Shown piece after piece: positions 30,111-40,494 of a DNA stretch of 64,000 nucleotides. Position numbers and translations under genes: made by a program. The DNA is from Burkholderiales bacterium (lineage in GTDB: Bacteria > Pseudomonadota > Gammaproteobacteria > Burkholderiales > Gallionellaceae), in NCBI GenBank assembly GCA_038327315.1, contig JBBQKX010000002.1:423-64422 (forward strand), given 5' to 3'. Below the pieces are notes generated by a model, which saw only the letters and a program-made list of their open reading frames with translations, was not told the origin of the DNA and did not search any database. Each line of letters starts with the position of its first letter. Position 1 is the first letter of the stretch.

Positions 30111-30608
30111 TCAGTCCTGTATACGACCGATTTCAGCGAGCTTCTCTTTTAGGGCGAGTTTGTCCAACTTCTCTATAGGTAGGCTCAGGAATAACTGGAT
30201 GCGGCGTGCGAGTTGTTCGGCCGCTTTGTTGAAAGCTGCACGACGTGCTTCATCTCCTTCAATGTGCGCGGGATCAGGGATGCCCCAATGTGCTGTGGCA
30301 GGTTTGCCCAACCAGAGCGGGCAAGTTTCGCCTGCTGCGTTGTCGCAAACTGTGAAGATGAAATCGAATTCAGGTGCATCAGATGCCGCGAACTCATCCC
30401 AACTCTTGCTGCGATAACCTTCACTGCTATAGCCGTTGTGCGCCAACCATTCGATAGCACCCGGATTGACTCGCCCAGCTGGCTTGCTGCCCGCGCTATA
30501 AGCTTTGATCTTGCCTTTGCCCAGGGTGTTGAATAGCACCTCCCCCAGTATGCTGCGCGCTGAGTTGCCGGTGCACAGGATCAGTACCTTGTATTGTTTA
30601 TCACTCAT
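30111..30608 (-). CDS. arsC: Arsenate reductase (LMW-PTP / thioredoxin type)
   Basis: CTGNSARS, TVCDNAAGETCP, HWGIPDP; start moved to MSDKQY after GGAGGAG. Confidence 0.93.
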   Translation of the reverse strand: MSDKQYKVLILCTGNSARSILGEVLFNTLGKGKIKAYSAGSKPAGRVNPGAIEWLAHNGYSSEGYRSKSWDEFAASDAPEFDFIFTVCDNAAGETCPLWLGKPATAHWGIPDPAHIEGDEARRAAFNKAAEQLARRIQLFLSLPIEKLDKLALKEKLAEIGRIQD

Positions 30609-30622
30609 CATTACTCCTCCTC

Positions 30623-30940
30623 TTAACAATTCTTTAATGGTGCGCATTGCGTGGCATCACCTGCGCAGCAGTGCTCGGTCAGATAGGCGATCAGCTTGTC
30701 CATCTCGGCATAGTTCGCGCTGTAGATGACATACCGTCCTTCGGTACGCGACTTGACCAGTTTGGCATGGGATAGCGTCTTTAAATGGAAAGACATCGTC
30801 GCCGGCGGTACACCTAATTGGTCGCCCAACACGCCTGCTGCCAGACCCTCTTTTCCCGCTTGTACCAAGATGCGAAATATCGCCAGACGCGACTCCTGCG
30901 CGAGCGCGGCAAGTGCTACTACTGCAACATTTATTTTCAT
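30623..30940 (-). CDS. arsR: ArsR repressor with C-terminal CC-x6-C As(III) site
   Basis: ALAQESRLAIFRILV, SFHLKTL, HCCAGDATQC. Confidence 0.93.
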   Translation of the reverse strand: MKINVAVVALAALAQESRLAIFRILVQAGKEGLAAGVLGDQLGVPPATMSFHLKTLSHAKLVKSRTEGRYVIYSANYAEMDKLIAYLTEHCCAGDATQCAPLKNC

Positions 30941-30963
30941 AATTTACCTCAGCTTACGATTCT

Positions 30964-30987
30964 ATATTTCCAGTATTACGGAAATAT
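30964..30987. promoter_or_regulatory. Putative ArsR operator
   Basis: Inverted repeat ATATTTCC-N8-GGAAATAT just upstream of arsR. Confidence 0.7.
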
Positions 30988-31033
30988 TAAATACTGTGAA
31001 GAGGGGGGCGTGAGAGGCTTAGTGAGGAGGTCG

Positions 31034-31645
31034 CTATGTATCCAGCCAGCTTTGTAGGAATTGCCATTGTTCTAACTCACGCTCCGCCAAAGAGGGCGGG
31101 AGGTCGAATAGTGATTTTCCTTCAAAGGCGGCATTCACGTAGACCTGAGTCTCGCGCAGGTAGGCGAGTATGGGAAGATCGAAGGTGGTCAGGAAGTGTT
31201 CAAGCGCTTGTGCTGCCTTGGTTCTGGGGCTCATGCGCATGCCTATGATGCCGACCTGACAATGATGTTTTCGCACTGATTTTTCTTCGGCAAGTAAGCT
31301 AAGGAATTCGCGGCTCGCATCTAAATCGAATAATGAAGGCGCAATCGGAACAACGATTTTGTTGGCGAGTTTGAGTGCGTGGGCGAGGTTCTTACCGTGC
31401 AGTCCAGCAGGTGAGTCGATGACTAACCAGTCGTAGTAATCATCAGCGGTTTTTTTGTCGCCCAGCTTGTCGATTTGCGGCATTTCGAAATCACGCAGCC
31501 CCAGCCATAAGGCGGAAGATTGTTGGCGGTCCAAATCCAACATCGCGACTCGTTCGCCACGCTTGGCGAGGAAGCCGGCGATGTTCACTGATAAGGTTGA
31601 CTTGCCACTGCCGCCTTTGGGATTCGCTATCAAGATGGTTTTCAT
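31034..31645 (-). CDS. Orphan short ParA-family ATPase
   Basis: Deviant Walker A KGGSGKST, DLDRQ, IDSPAG. Confidence 0.88.
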   Translation of the reverse strand: MKTILIANPKGGSGKSTLSVNIAGFLAKRGERVAMLDLDRQQSSALWLGLRDFEMPQIDKLGDKKTADDYYDWLVIDSPAGLHGKNLAHALKLANKIVVPIAPSLFDLDASREFLSLLAEEKSVRKHHCQVGIIGMRMSPRTKAAQALEHFLTTFDLPILAYLRETQVYVNAAFEGKSLFDLPPSLAERELEQWQFLQSWLDT

Positions 31646-31673
31646 GTCGCTACTCCCTGAATGCTGAATATGT

Positions 31674-32540
31674 TTACAACGCTGAGAAGGTGTTGCACTG
31701 ATTGATGTCGCCAGTCTCTATGCCAGTTGTAAACCACTTACTGCGCTGTGCCGCACTACCGTGGGTGAAACTTTCCGGCACGATAGTGCCTTGCGTCGCC
31801 ATCTGGATGCTGTCATCGCCCACCGCTGCTGCTGCGGTCAGCGCTTCATCAATGTCACCGGCCTCTATGATGTTGCGCATCTTGTTGGCATGGTTAGCCC
31901 ATACGCCTGCATAACAATCTGCTTGCAGCTCCAACCTAACCGAGAGCTGGTTGTATTGCGCTTCACTGAGTTTGCTGCGCATCGCATCGACTTTGGCACT
32001 GGTGCCTAGCAGGTTCTGCACGTGATGGCCGACCTCATGCGCAATCACATAGGCTTGGGCGAAATCGCCGGGAGCCTTGAAGCGCTCACGCAGCAGGCGG
32101 TAAAAATCCAGATCGATGTAGACCTTCTGATCGGCAGGGCAGTAAAACGGCCCCATCGCCGCTTGCCCTGCACCACAGGCAGTCTGAGTCTGTCCTGTGA
32201 ATAACACTAACTTGGGGTTGCGATACTGTGCGCCAGCTTTCTGGAAGATGTCGTGCCACACGTCTTCGGTGTCGGCCAGAACGATGGAGACGAAACGCGC
32301 ATCAGCATCATTGGCTGCTGGCTGATGCGCAGGTACAGATTGCGTTTGCGGTGCGCTGCCGCCACTGAGCAGATTCAGCACTGTCATCGGGTTTAATCCC
32401 AACGCCCATGAAGCGACAAAGGCGATGACGATAGTGCCCACGCCTAAACTACGTCCGCCGCCTATAGAAAATCCGCCGCCACCGCCAGCACCGCGTCTGT
32501 CTTCTACGTTATCGCTTTCTCTTTGATTATCGGTACGCAT
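31674..32540 (-). CDS. YpfJ-like neutral zinc metallopeptidase
   Basis: SDNVEDRR, GPFYCPAD, HEVGHH, ELQADC, ESFTHG. Confidence 0.92.
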   Translation of the reverse strand: MRTDNQRESDNVEDRRGAGGGGGFSIGGGRSLGVGTIVIAFVASWALGLNPMTVLNLLSGGSAPQTQSVPAHQPAANDADARFVSIVLADTEDVWHDIFQKAGAQYRNPKLVLFTGQTQTACGAGQAAMGPFYCPADQKVYIDLDFYRLLRERFKAPGDFAQAYVIAHEVGHHVQNLLGTSAKVDAMRSKLSEAQYNQLSVRLELQADCYAGVWANHANKMRNIIEAGDIDEALTAAAAVGDDSIQMATQGTIVPESFTHGSAAQRSKWFTTGIETGDINQCNTFSAL

Positions 32541-32580
32541 AGCTGGTCTCCGTGGTTATTTTGTTTGGCGTGGGGCGTGA

Positions 32581-34092
32581 TTAGCGTTTGAAGATAGAAC
32601 CCAATACGCCACGGATGATCTCGCGTCCTACAGCAGAACCTATGGACCGCGCCGCACTCTTGAACATTGCTTCGCCCACACCCTGACGATTGCTGGCGCG
32701 TGTCGTGGTGCCTGAGGAACTGCCACCGAAGATACCCCCCAACATGCCACCTAAGCCGCCACCCTGTGCAGCAGGCGCGGCTTGAGTGGGTTTAGCGGTC
32801 TCGGCTTGTTTTTCCTCGGTACGACCTTTGAGTAACTCGTAGGCGGACTCTCTGTCGACTTGCTTTTCGTAATGTCCTGCGAGTAAGGAGCTTGCTAGTA
32901 CGGCTTTGCGTTCTTCCGGATTGATAGGGCCGATCTGGGCTTGGGGTGGCACGATAAAAGCGCGTTCGACGATGGAGGGTTGACCCTTCTCATTGAGGCA
33001 AGACACCAAGGCTTCGCCCACGCCCAACTCTGTGATGACGGTTTCTTCATTCAGCGCCGGATTGTCGCGCATGGTCTCAGCCGCTGCTTTGACGGCCTTT
33101 TGGTCGCGTGGCGAGAAGGCGCGCAGAGCATGTTGCACACGGTTGCCCAATTGACCTAATACTTTGTCGGGTACGTCGGCTGGGTTCTGGGTGATGAAGT
33201 AAACGCCGACGGCCTTGGAGCGTATCAAGCGCACCACTTGCTCTATCTTTTCTAGCAACACGGCGGGCGCGTCATTGAACAATAGATGTGCCTCGTCGAA
33301 GAAAAACACCAGCTTGGGTTTATCCAGATCGCCTGCTTCGGGAAGGTTTTCGTAGAGCTCGGACAGCAGCCATAACAGCATGGTCGAATAGACCTTGGGC
33401 GAAGTCATTAGCTTATCGGCGGCGAGGATGTTGATCATGCCGTAACCGTTGTTATCGGTCTGCATCAAGTCCTCGATGTTCAGCATCGGTTCGCCAAACA
33501 GTTTGTCGCCGCCTTGCATCTCGATCTGCAACAGGCCGCGTTGTATCGCGCCTATGCTGGCGGTTGAGATGTTGCCGTATTCGGTGGTGAAGTCGGAGGC
33601 GTTCTCGCCCACGCTTTGCACCATGGCGCGCAGGTCTTTCAGGTCTAGCAACAACAAGCCGTTGTCATCAGCGATCTTGAACACCAGCGCCAGTACGCCA
33701 GCCTGTACCTCGTTCAGGTTCAGCATGCGACCTATCATCAGCGGCCCCATGTCGGAGATCGTGGCGCGCAAAGGGTGGCCCATCTCGCCGAACACATCCC
33801 AGAAGGTCACCGGATAGGCGCGGGGTGTGTGGTCAGTCAACTTGAGCAGTTCAACACGAGCAGCGACCTTGGCGTTTCCGCCTCCTGCCTTAGCTAAGCC
33901 GGATAGATCGCCTTTGATGTCGGACATGAACACCGGCACACCCATACGGCTGAACGATTCAGCCATGGTTTGCAGGGTTACAGTCTTGCCTGTGCCGGTA
34001 GCGCCTGTGATCAGACCATGACGATTAGCCATGTGGGGGAGCAGGAATATCTCTAGTTCAGCGTTCTTGGCAAGCAGGATAGGGGCGGTCAT
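32581..34092 (-). CDS. DUF853 / YjgR HerA-like ATPase
   Basis: [34 protein letters not shown]; start moved to MTAPILLA. Confidence 0.92.
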   Translation of the reverse strand: MTAPILLAKNAELEIFLLPHMANRHGLITGATGTGKTVTLQTMAESFSRMGVPVFMSDIKGDLSGLAKAGGGNAKVAARVELLKLTDHTPRAYPVTFWDVFGEMGHPLRATISDMGPLMIGRMLNLNEVQAGVLALVFKIADDNGLLLLDLKDLRAMVQSVGENASDFTTEYGNISTASIGAIQRGLLQIEMQGGDKLFGEPMLNIEDLMQTDNNGYGMINILAADKLMTSPKVYSTMLLWLLSELYENLPEAGDLDKPKLVFFFDEAHLLFNDAPAVLLEKIEQVVRLIRSKAVGVYFITQNPADVPDKVLGQLGNRVQHALRAFSPRDQKAVKAAAETMRDNPALNEETVITELGVGEALVSCLNEKGQPSIVERAFIVPPQAQIGPINPEERKAVLASSLLAGHYEKQVDRESAYELLKGRTEEKQAETAKPTQAAPAAQGGGLGGMLGGIFGGSSSGTTTRASNRQGVGEAMFKSAARSIGSAVGREIIRGVLGSIFKR

Positions 34093-34159
34093 GGTTATCG
34101 CGTGTTGGGTTAAGAAGGCAGAAATGATACCATCGCGCCACGTTTTTTCGGAGGTCGGT

Positions 34160-34885
34160 ATGGCAGGGCACAGCAAGTGGGCGAACATTCAGCATCGCAA
34201 AGGTAAACAAGACGCGAAACGCGGCAAGATATTCACGCGACTCATCAAGGAAATCACCGTGGCGGCACGTATGGGTGGCAGCGATGCGACCGGTAATCCG
34301 CGCCTGCGTCTGGCGATGGATAAGGCGTATGCAAACAACATGCCCAAGGACAACGTCGAGCGCGCCATCAAGCGCGGCGCGGGCGAGTTGGATGGTGTGG
34401 ATTATCTGGAACTGCGCTACGAAGGCTATGGCATCAATGGTGCGGCGGTGATGGTCGATTGCATGACCGACAACAAGACGCGCACCGTAGGCGATGTGCG
34501 CCATGCCTTCACCAAATTTGGCGGCAATCTAGGTACCGATGGCTCAGTCGTTTTCATGTTCCATCACTGCGGTCAAATGATTTTTGCCCCTGGTACGGAT
34601 GAGAACGGTCTGATGGAAGTCGCCTTGAATGCAGGCGCTGAAGATATTGTGACTGACGAAGACGGCAGTATCGAGGTCATCACCAGTTTTCACGATTTCT
34701 TGACGGTGAAGCAGGCGCTAGAAGCGGCAGGCTACAAACCCGAATTCGCCGAAGTTCTGATGAAACCAGCCAGTGAGGTACTGTTCACTGGCGACGATGC
34801 AACGAAAATGCAAAAACTGCTCGATGCACTGGAGGACTTGGATGACGTGCAAGAGGTGTATACCACGGCAGTGTTTGAAGAATGA
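34160..34885 (+). CDS. yebC: YebC/PmpR family protein
   Basis: [30 protein letters not shown]. Confidence 0.96.
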   Translation: MAGHSKWANIQHRKGKQDAKRGKIFTRLIKEITVAARMGGSDATGNPRLRLAMDKAYANNMPKDNVERAIKRGAGELDGVDYLELRYEGYGINGAAVMVDCMTDNKTRTVGDVRHAFTKFGGNLGTDGSVVFMFHHCGQMIFAPGTDENGLMEVALNAGAEDIVTDEDGSIEVITSFHDFLTVKQALEAAGYKPEFAEVLMKPASEVLFTGDDATKMQKLLDALEDLDDVQEVYTTAVFEE

Positions 34886-35010
34886 TTCCACTTCGCTTGC
34901 TTCACGATAACTGTGTTGGCTGCGCTGTGCGACTCAGAGCCGTGCTGAACAGCACTGTCTCGTCGTTGCTCGCTTGCCGCCTAGTTCTCGTTTCGCAAGC
35001 AAACTGGAAT
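34885..35010. repeat. 126-bp nested imperfect inverted-repeat element (REP/MITE-like)
   Basis: ATTCCA..GCTTGC..ACGATAACT pairs with AGTTCTCGT..GCAAGC..TGGAAT; inner GTGCTG-AA-CAGCAC hairpin. Confidence 0.7.
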
Positions 35011-35071
35011 TGCTTATGAAGCATCTGAAGTGTGAGGAGAGAGGGAAGAAGGGTAAAACCTTGGCGCGCCG

Positions 35072-35641
35072 ATGACTGCCCCTTCCCTCTTTTCCCTTTC
35101 CCCTTCTTCAATAAGAATTTTAGGTATCGACCCTGGCCTGCGTATCACTGGTTTTGGGATCATCGATAAGGACGGACAGAATCTGCATTACGTGGGAAGC
35201 GGTTGCATCAAGACGCCGCCGGGTGATTTGCCTGAACGCTTGAAAGTCATATTGAACTCGCTGGGTGAAGTCATCGCGCAATATCAGCCGCAATATGCAG
35301 CAGTGGAAAAAGTGTTCGTCAACGTGAATCCGCAATCGACGTTATTGCTCGGCCAGGCGCGTGGTGCGGCAATTTGCGCGGCGGTGCTGGCGAATCTCCC
35401 AGTGGGCGAATACACCGCTTTGCAAGTGAAGCAAGCCGTGGTCGGTAACGGTCACGCAGACAAGGAACAAGTGCAGGCGATGGTGCAACGATTGCTCAAA
35501 TTGTCAGGTACACCCAGCCCGGATGCGGCAGACGCGTTGGCCTGCGCTATCTGTCATGCGCATGGCGGTCTGGGTTTGGGTGCGTTGGCGACTAAGGGGT
35601 TGACTAAGGGTTTTCGTGTGCGCGGTGGGCGACTGGTATGA
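35072..35641 (+). CDS. ruvC: Holliday junction resolvase
   Basis: [28 protein letters not shown]. Confidence 0.96.
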   Translation: MTAPSLFSLSPSSIRILGIDPGLRITGFGIIDKDGQNLHYVGSGCIKTPPGDLPERLKVILNSLGEVIAQYQPQYAAVEKVFVNVNPQSTLLLGQARGAAICAAVLANLPVGEYTALQVKQAVVGNGHADKEQVQAMVQRLLKLSGTPSPDAADALACAICHAHGGLGLGALATKGLTKGFRVRGGRLV

Positions 35642-36576
35642 GTACACCGATGGAGCCGGTTGCAGCGTTACGAGGAAATCCAGTCGCGCTTTATTTTGCC
35701 GCGACTAGGCCAGCTTTTCTCACTGCGAGCCTGATGGCCTGCATCATCGGTCTGGCCGTCGCTCACCATAGCGGTGTCACGATGGATGCAGTTTTGGTGT
35801 TGGTGACGCTGATCTTTGCGATGCTGGCCCATGCGGCGGCAAACGTATTAAACGATTACTACGATGCCTTGAGTGGCACGGACGCGCAAAATACTGAACG
35901 TATCTTCCCATTCACTGGCGGCAGTCGTTTCATACAGAATGGTGTGCTGACGCTGGCGCAAACACGTAACTTTGGTTTGATGTTGATGTTGATGGTGGCA
36001 GTCGCGGGACTGTGGTTGATGGCGCATGCTACGACGCAACTGTTGTATGTCGGTTTGGCTGGCTTGTTCATCGGATGGGCGTATTCTGCACCGCCATTCA
36101 AGCTGGATAGTCGCGGTATGGGGGAGTTGTGCATCACCTCGGGTTTCCTCGCCATCGTTGTTGGTACGGATATGGTGTTGCGCAAAGGCGGCTCGCTCGC
36201 ACCTTATATTGCGGGCTTGCCTTATGCTTTGTTGGCGACCAACTTGCTGTACATCAATCAGTTTCCTGACCGAACTGCAGATATGGCTGCTGGGAAGATG
36301 CACTGGGTAGCGCGACTAGCGGTTGAGCAAGCGCGCTGGGGTTATGTGTTGCTGGCTGGCTTGGCGTATGGTTGGCTGTTGTTCTCAGTGTGGGCTGGCT
36401 ATTTGACGATGTGGGCTATGCTGGGGCTGCTGTCTATGCCACTCAGCATTAACGCTGCGCGAGAATTGTTCCGTCATGCCCATCAGCCTCAGGGTTTGGC
36501 GAAGGGCATCAAAATGACGATAGCTGCGATGTTGGTGCATGGTGCATTGCTGAGTACAGGTTTGTTAATAGGGTAA
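35638..36576 (+). CDS. UbiA-superfamily prenyltransferase, MenA-like
   Basis: [27 protein letters not shown]...GK; multiple TMs. Confidence 0.8.
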   Translation: MSTPMEPVAALRGNPVALYFAATRPAFLTASLMACIIGLAVAHHSGVTMDAVLVLVTLIFAMLAHAAANVLNDYYDALSGTDAQNTERIFPFTGGSRFIQNGVLTLAQTRNFGLMLMLMVAVAGLWLMAHATTQLLYVGLAGLFIGWAYSAPPFKLDSRGMGELCITSGFLAIVVGTDMVLRKGGSLAPYIAGLPYALLATNLLYINQFPDRTADMAAGKMHWVARLAVEQARWGYVLLAGLAYGWLLFSVWAGYLTMWAMLGLLSMPLSINAARELFRHAHQPQGLAKGIKMTIAAMLVHGALLSTGLLIG

Positions 36577-36580
36577 TAAA

Positions 36581-37162
36581 ATGATTGGTCGTTTAACAGG
36601 CATCTTGTTGGAAAAGAACCCGCCGCAGATTGTGCTGGATGTGCACGGCGTGGGCTATGAAGTCGATGTGCCTATGAGCACCTTCTATAATCTGCCTGCG
36701 TTGAATGAGAAGGTCGTTCTACATACCCAGTTCGTGGTGCGCGAGGATGCACAACTGCTGTACGGTTTTCTGACTCATGAAGAACGTATCGCTTTCCGTC
36801 AGTTACTGAAGATCAGCGGTGTAGGCCCTAAGCTTGCCTTGTCGGTATTGTCTGGATTGAGTCTGGCTGATCTAGCTGCTGCAGTAGTGAACAAGGATGC
36901 AGGGCGACTGACCAAGATACCAGGCGTAGGCAAGAAGACTGCCGAACGTCTACTGCTGGAGTTGCAAGGTAAGTTCGTAGCGACAGGCGTGGTGAGCGCA
37001 CAGGGTGTAGTTGCTGCATCGGCGAGCAGCGATATCGTCAATGCCTTGCAGGCCTTGGGTTACAACGAGAAAGAAGCAGATTGGGCGGCCAAACAACTCC
37101 CCAAAGAAACCAATGTGTCGGACGGTATCCGTCAGGCTTTAAAGCTACTGTCTAAATCATGA
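36581..37162 (+). CDS. ruvA: Holliday junction branch migration protein RuvA
   Basis: [37 protein letters not shown]. Confidence 0.97.
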   Translation: MIGRLTGILLEKNPPQIVLDVHGVGYEVDVPMSTFYNLPALNEKVVLHTQFVVREDAQLLYGFLTHEERIAFRQLLKISGVGPKLALSVLSGLSLADLAAAVVNKDAGRLTKIPGVGKKTAERLLLELQGKFVATGVVSAQGVVAASASSDIVNALQALGYNEKEADWAAKQLPKETNVSDGIRQALKLLSKS

Positions 37163-38214
37163 TACATAGCGACAACCTCACCTCTGAACCGCGCCTGACC
37201 ACGCCTGCCGTCGTCTCCAAACAGGAAGAGGCGATGGAGCGCGCACTACGCCCCAAGCAGCTCGAAGAATACGTAGGGCAAGAGAAGATACGCGGCCAAT
37301 TGGAGATATTCATCCAAGCAGCACAGCAGCGCAAAGAGCCGCTGGATCATGTGTTGTTATTTGGCCCGCCGGGTTTGGGTAAGACTACGCTGGCACAGAT
37401 CATCGCACGCGAGATGGGGGTTAATATCCGTCATACCTCGGGGCCAGTGCTGGAGCGTGCCGGTGATCTGGCGGCCTTGCTGACCAATCTCGAACCGCAT
37501 GATGTATTGTTCATCGACGAGATCCATCGCTTGTCGCCCGTAGTTGAGGAGATTTTATATCCGGCGCTGGAGGACTATCAGATTGATATCATGATAGGCG
37601 AGGGTCCAGCCGCGCGTTCGGTGAAACTGGATCTGCCACCCTTTACCTTAATTGGTGCGACTACACGTGCAGGCATGTTGACCAATCCCTTGCGCGATCG
37701 CTTCGGCATCGTGGCACGCTTGGAATTTTATACCCCACAGGAGTTACAGCGCATCGTGATGCGTTCATCCGGCCTGCTGGAGATGTCGCTGTCCGATGAT
37801 GGTGCGATGGAGATTGCCAAGCGTTCGCGCGGTACACCACGTATCGCCAACCGTCTGCTGCGCCGTGTGCGCGATTACGCAGATGTTAAAGCGGGTGGCA
37901 ATGCCAGCCGCGCTGTCGCTGATGCCGCACTGACCATGCTAGATGTGGATTCAAAGGGCTTGGATACGATGGACAGAAGATTGCTGCTGACTGTTATCGA
38001 AAAGTTCTTGGGTGGGCCGGTAGGGGTGGATAATCTCGCCGCCGCCATCGGCGAAGAGCGCGACACCATAGAAGATGTGTTGGAGCCTTATCTGATTCAG
38101 CAGGGCTATCTGCAACGCACACCGCGCGGCCGCATGGCGACCGCACATGCCTATCAACATTTTGGTTTACAGGTGTCGAACAAACCTGTGATCGGAGACT
38201 TGCTCGATGAGTAA
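37159..38214 (+). CDS. ruvB: Holliday junction helicase RuvB
   Basis: [30 protein letters not shown]. Confidence 0.98.
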   Translation: MIHSDNLTSEPRLTTPAVVSKQEEAMERALRPKQLEEYVGQEKIRGQLEIFIQAAQQRKEPLDHVLLFGPPGLGKTTLAQIIAREMGVNIRHTSGPVLERAGDLAALLTNLEPHDVLFIDEIHRLSPVVEEILYPALEDYQIDIMIGEGPAARSVKLDLPPFTLIGATTRAGMLTNPLRDRFGIVARLEFYTPQELQRIVMRSSGLLEMSLSDDGAMEIAKRSRGTPRIANRLLRRVRDYADVKAGGNASRAVADAALTMLDVDSKGLDTMDRRLLLTVIEKFLGGPVGVDNLAAAIGEERDTIEDVLEPYLIQQGYLQRTPRGRMATAHAYQHFGLQVSNKPVIGDLLDE

Positions 38215-38617
38215 ACACAAGACGTTTTCTTTGCCGACGCGGGTGTATTTTCATGATACCGATGCGGGTGGTGTGGTGTATCACGGTAGTTATGTGAACT
38301 TTATGGAGCGTGCGCGGACTGAGTGGTTGCGCGATGTATGCGGCTTCAGTAATGGTGCGCTGATGAAAGAATTTGGCGCGGTGTTCGTGGTGCGTGCAAT
38401 GAAGATTGAATATCTAAAGCCCGCATTGCTGGACGATATGTTGGAAGTGACCGCCACGGTGAAAGAAATCGGTCGCAGCCGTGTCACCTTGATACAGACA
38501 GTGACGCGAGGCGATGAACTGCTGACTGAGGGTGAGGTGCATCTGGTATGTGTGTCTATGAGTAACTTCAAGCCAGTAAGTGTGCCTGAAGTGTTACGCA
38601 ATAAATGGAAAGACTGA
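38207..38617 (+). CDS. ybgC: Tol-pal-associated acyl-CoA thioesterase
   Basis: [15 protein letters not shown]...ERARTEWLR. Confidence 0.93.
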   Translation: MSKHKTFSLPTRVYFHDTDAGGVVYHGSYVNFMERARTEWLRDVCGFSNGALMKEFGAVFVVRAMKIEYLKPALLDDMLEVTATVKEIGRSRVTLIQTVTRGDELLTEGEVHLVCVSMSNFKPVSVPEVLRNKWKD

Positions 38618-38631
38618 GCGGGGAGTAATAG

Positions 38632-39309
38632 ATGGAAGTGGTACAAGATTTGTCGTTCGTGCATCTGATCCGCGATGCTAGCGTGCTGGTGCAGCTGGTG
38701 ATGTTGCTGTTGTTGGCGGTATCTATGATGTCTTGGTGGTACATCTTCATGAAGATGTTCACCATCCGTCGAGAATCACGCTTGACACAGGAATTCGAAG
38801 AAGCGTTCTGGCGTAATTCTAATCTCAACGATATGTATAGAGATTCTATGGCGCCCGGTCGTGAAGACGTGGGTGCGTTGGAGCGTATCTTTTCGGCGGG
38901 TTTTGTTGAGTATGTAAAGCTCAAGAAGCAACACACTGTTGACCCGAGTGCGGTGATGGACGGCACGCGCCGCGCCATGCGTGCGACCTATCAGCGTGAG
39001 ATGGATAGATTGGAATCACATCTGGCTTTTCTTGCCTCAGTCGGCTCGGTGAGCCCCTATGTGGGTCTGTTCGGAACGGTATGGGGCATTATGAATGCCT
39101 TCCGTGGTCTGGCGAATGTGGGACAAGCCACGCTGGCGCACGTAGCACCTGGTATCGCTGAAGCGTTGGTGGCGACGGCTATGGGTCTGTTCGCGGCGAT
39201 TCCTGCGGTGGTGGCTTACAACCGCTATGCACATGATATCGACAGATTGTCCACACGCTTCGAGAGCTTTACTGAAGAGTTCTCCAACGTCTTGCAACGT
39301 CAACCCTAG
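38632..39309 (+). CDS. tolQ: TolQ
   Basis: SPYVGLFGTVWGIM, APGIAEALVATAMGLFAAIPA. Confidence 0.96.
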   Translation: MEVVQDLSFVHLIRDASVLVQLVMLLLLAVSMMSWWYIFMKMFTIRRESRLTQEFEEAFWRNSNLNDMYRDSMAPGREDVGALERIFSAGFVEYVKLKKQHTVDPSAVMDGTRRAMRATYQREMDRLESHLAFLASVGSVSPYVGLFGTVWGIMNAFRGLANVGQATLAHVAPGIAEALVATAMGLFAAIPAVVAYNRYAHDIDRLSTRFESFTEEFSNVLQRQP

Positions 39310-39319
39310 GTAGACTGAG

Positions 39320-39745
39320 ATGCGCAGCAAGCTACGTGTTAAGAACCGCTTGATGAACGAGATCAACGTCGTGCCGTATATCGACGTGATGCTGGTGTTG
39401 CTAGTGATTTTTATGGTGACGGCGCCGATGATGAATCCAGGGCAGGTCGATCTACCTTCTTTGGGGAAATCTAGCACGCCTGCACTCGCCCCGATGGAAG
39501 TCATCATCCATAAAGACAACTCGCTGGCACTGCGTGATCATTCGAAGAGTGAGCGTGAGATACGCGTCACACGTGATGAGTTGGTCGAGATGCTTAAGGC
39601 GCGAACTGGCAAGAGTGTCGAGCAGGCAGTGGTGATCTCTGCAGACAAGTCGGTACGCTATGAGGAAGTCATCAATGTGATGGATGTGCTGCAACAACAG
39701 CATATTCAGAAGATCGGTCTACTGACTCAAGCGAAGGGCAAATGA
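39320..39745 (+). CDS. tolR: TolR
   Basis: EINVVPYIDVMLVLLVIFMVTAP. Confidence 0.95.
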   Translation: MRSKLRVKNRLMNEINVVPYIDVMLVLLVIFMVTAPMMNPGQVDLPSLGKSSTPALAPMEVIIHKDNSLALRDHSKSEREIRVTRDELVEMLKARTGKSVEQAVVISADKSVRYEEVINVMDVLQQQHIQKIGLLTQAKGK

Positions 39746-40482
39746 ACGCTGTTTACCACGATACGCATAAGCTTTCTGCGGGTATCTTGGCACTCGTGGT
39801 ACACGGCGTATTCTTTACCTTGCTGTACTTTGGCTTCACTTGGCAGTCACAAAGACCTGCGAGTATGAATGTGGAGTTGTGGCAGAGTCTGCCAGATCAG
39901 GTTGTTGCGCAACCGTTACGCCAACCTGAGTTGCTACCCCCACCAGTCAAACCCCCAGAGGTGAAACCTGTAGAACCACCGCCCGTCTTGAAACCCGAGA
40001 TTACGATACCAATCAAGAAGCCTGAGCCTAAGCCAGAAAAGCCTGTTGAAAAGAAAGTGATTGAGAGCAAACCTCTGGTGGATAAGGTCAAACCAGATCC
40101 CAAGAAAATAGTGGGGAAGACTCAGCCCAAACCTGCTGAGCCCAGTATCGCCGAACAACAGGCGGCACGTGAAATAGCTGAGCAAGCTGCATTGCTAGGT
40201 AGAACTTTGGATGAGTACACCGCTAAGATTATCACTAAGATACGTAACAATATTGCTGGGGTACGAGATGTGCCGAGTAATGCAAGTGTTGAGTTCGATG
40301 TTACTTTATTACCCGGAGGGTATGTGCTGAGTGCGCGTCGAACCCAGTCCTCTGGCAATCTGGTATATGAAACAGCCGTAGAGCGAGCGATATTGAAATC
40401 GCAACCCTTACCTTTGCCACCTGACCCGAATATGTTCAATCGTTTTCGCGAATTGAAACTGAAGTTCAAACCCGTTGAATAA
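39742..40482 (+). CDS. tolA: TolA
   Basis: N-terminal TM with His, Pro/Lys-rich linker, C-terminal SSGN..AVERAI; between tolR and tolB. Confidence 0.85.
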   Translation: MNAVYHDTHKLSAGILALVVHGVFFTLLYFGFTWQSQRPASMNVELWQSLPDQVVAQPLRQPELLPPPVKPPEVKPVEPPPVLKPEITIPIKKPEPKPEKPVEKKVIESKPLVDKVKPDPKKIVGKTQPKPAEPSIAEQQAAREIAEQAALLGRTLDEYTAKIITKIRNNIAGVRDVPSNASVEFDVTLLPGGYVLSARRTQSSGNLVYETAVERAILKSQPLPLPPDPNMFNRFRELKLKFKPVE

Positions 40483-40494
40483 GGATTTAGCCTA

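Noticed and set aside
31034-31645. Plasmid or prophage partition locus
   Set aside because: No parB, rep or phage genes nearby; chromosomal orphan ParA
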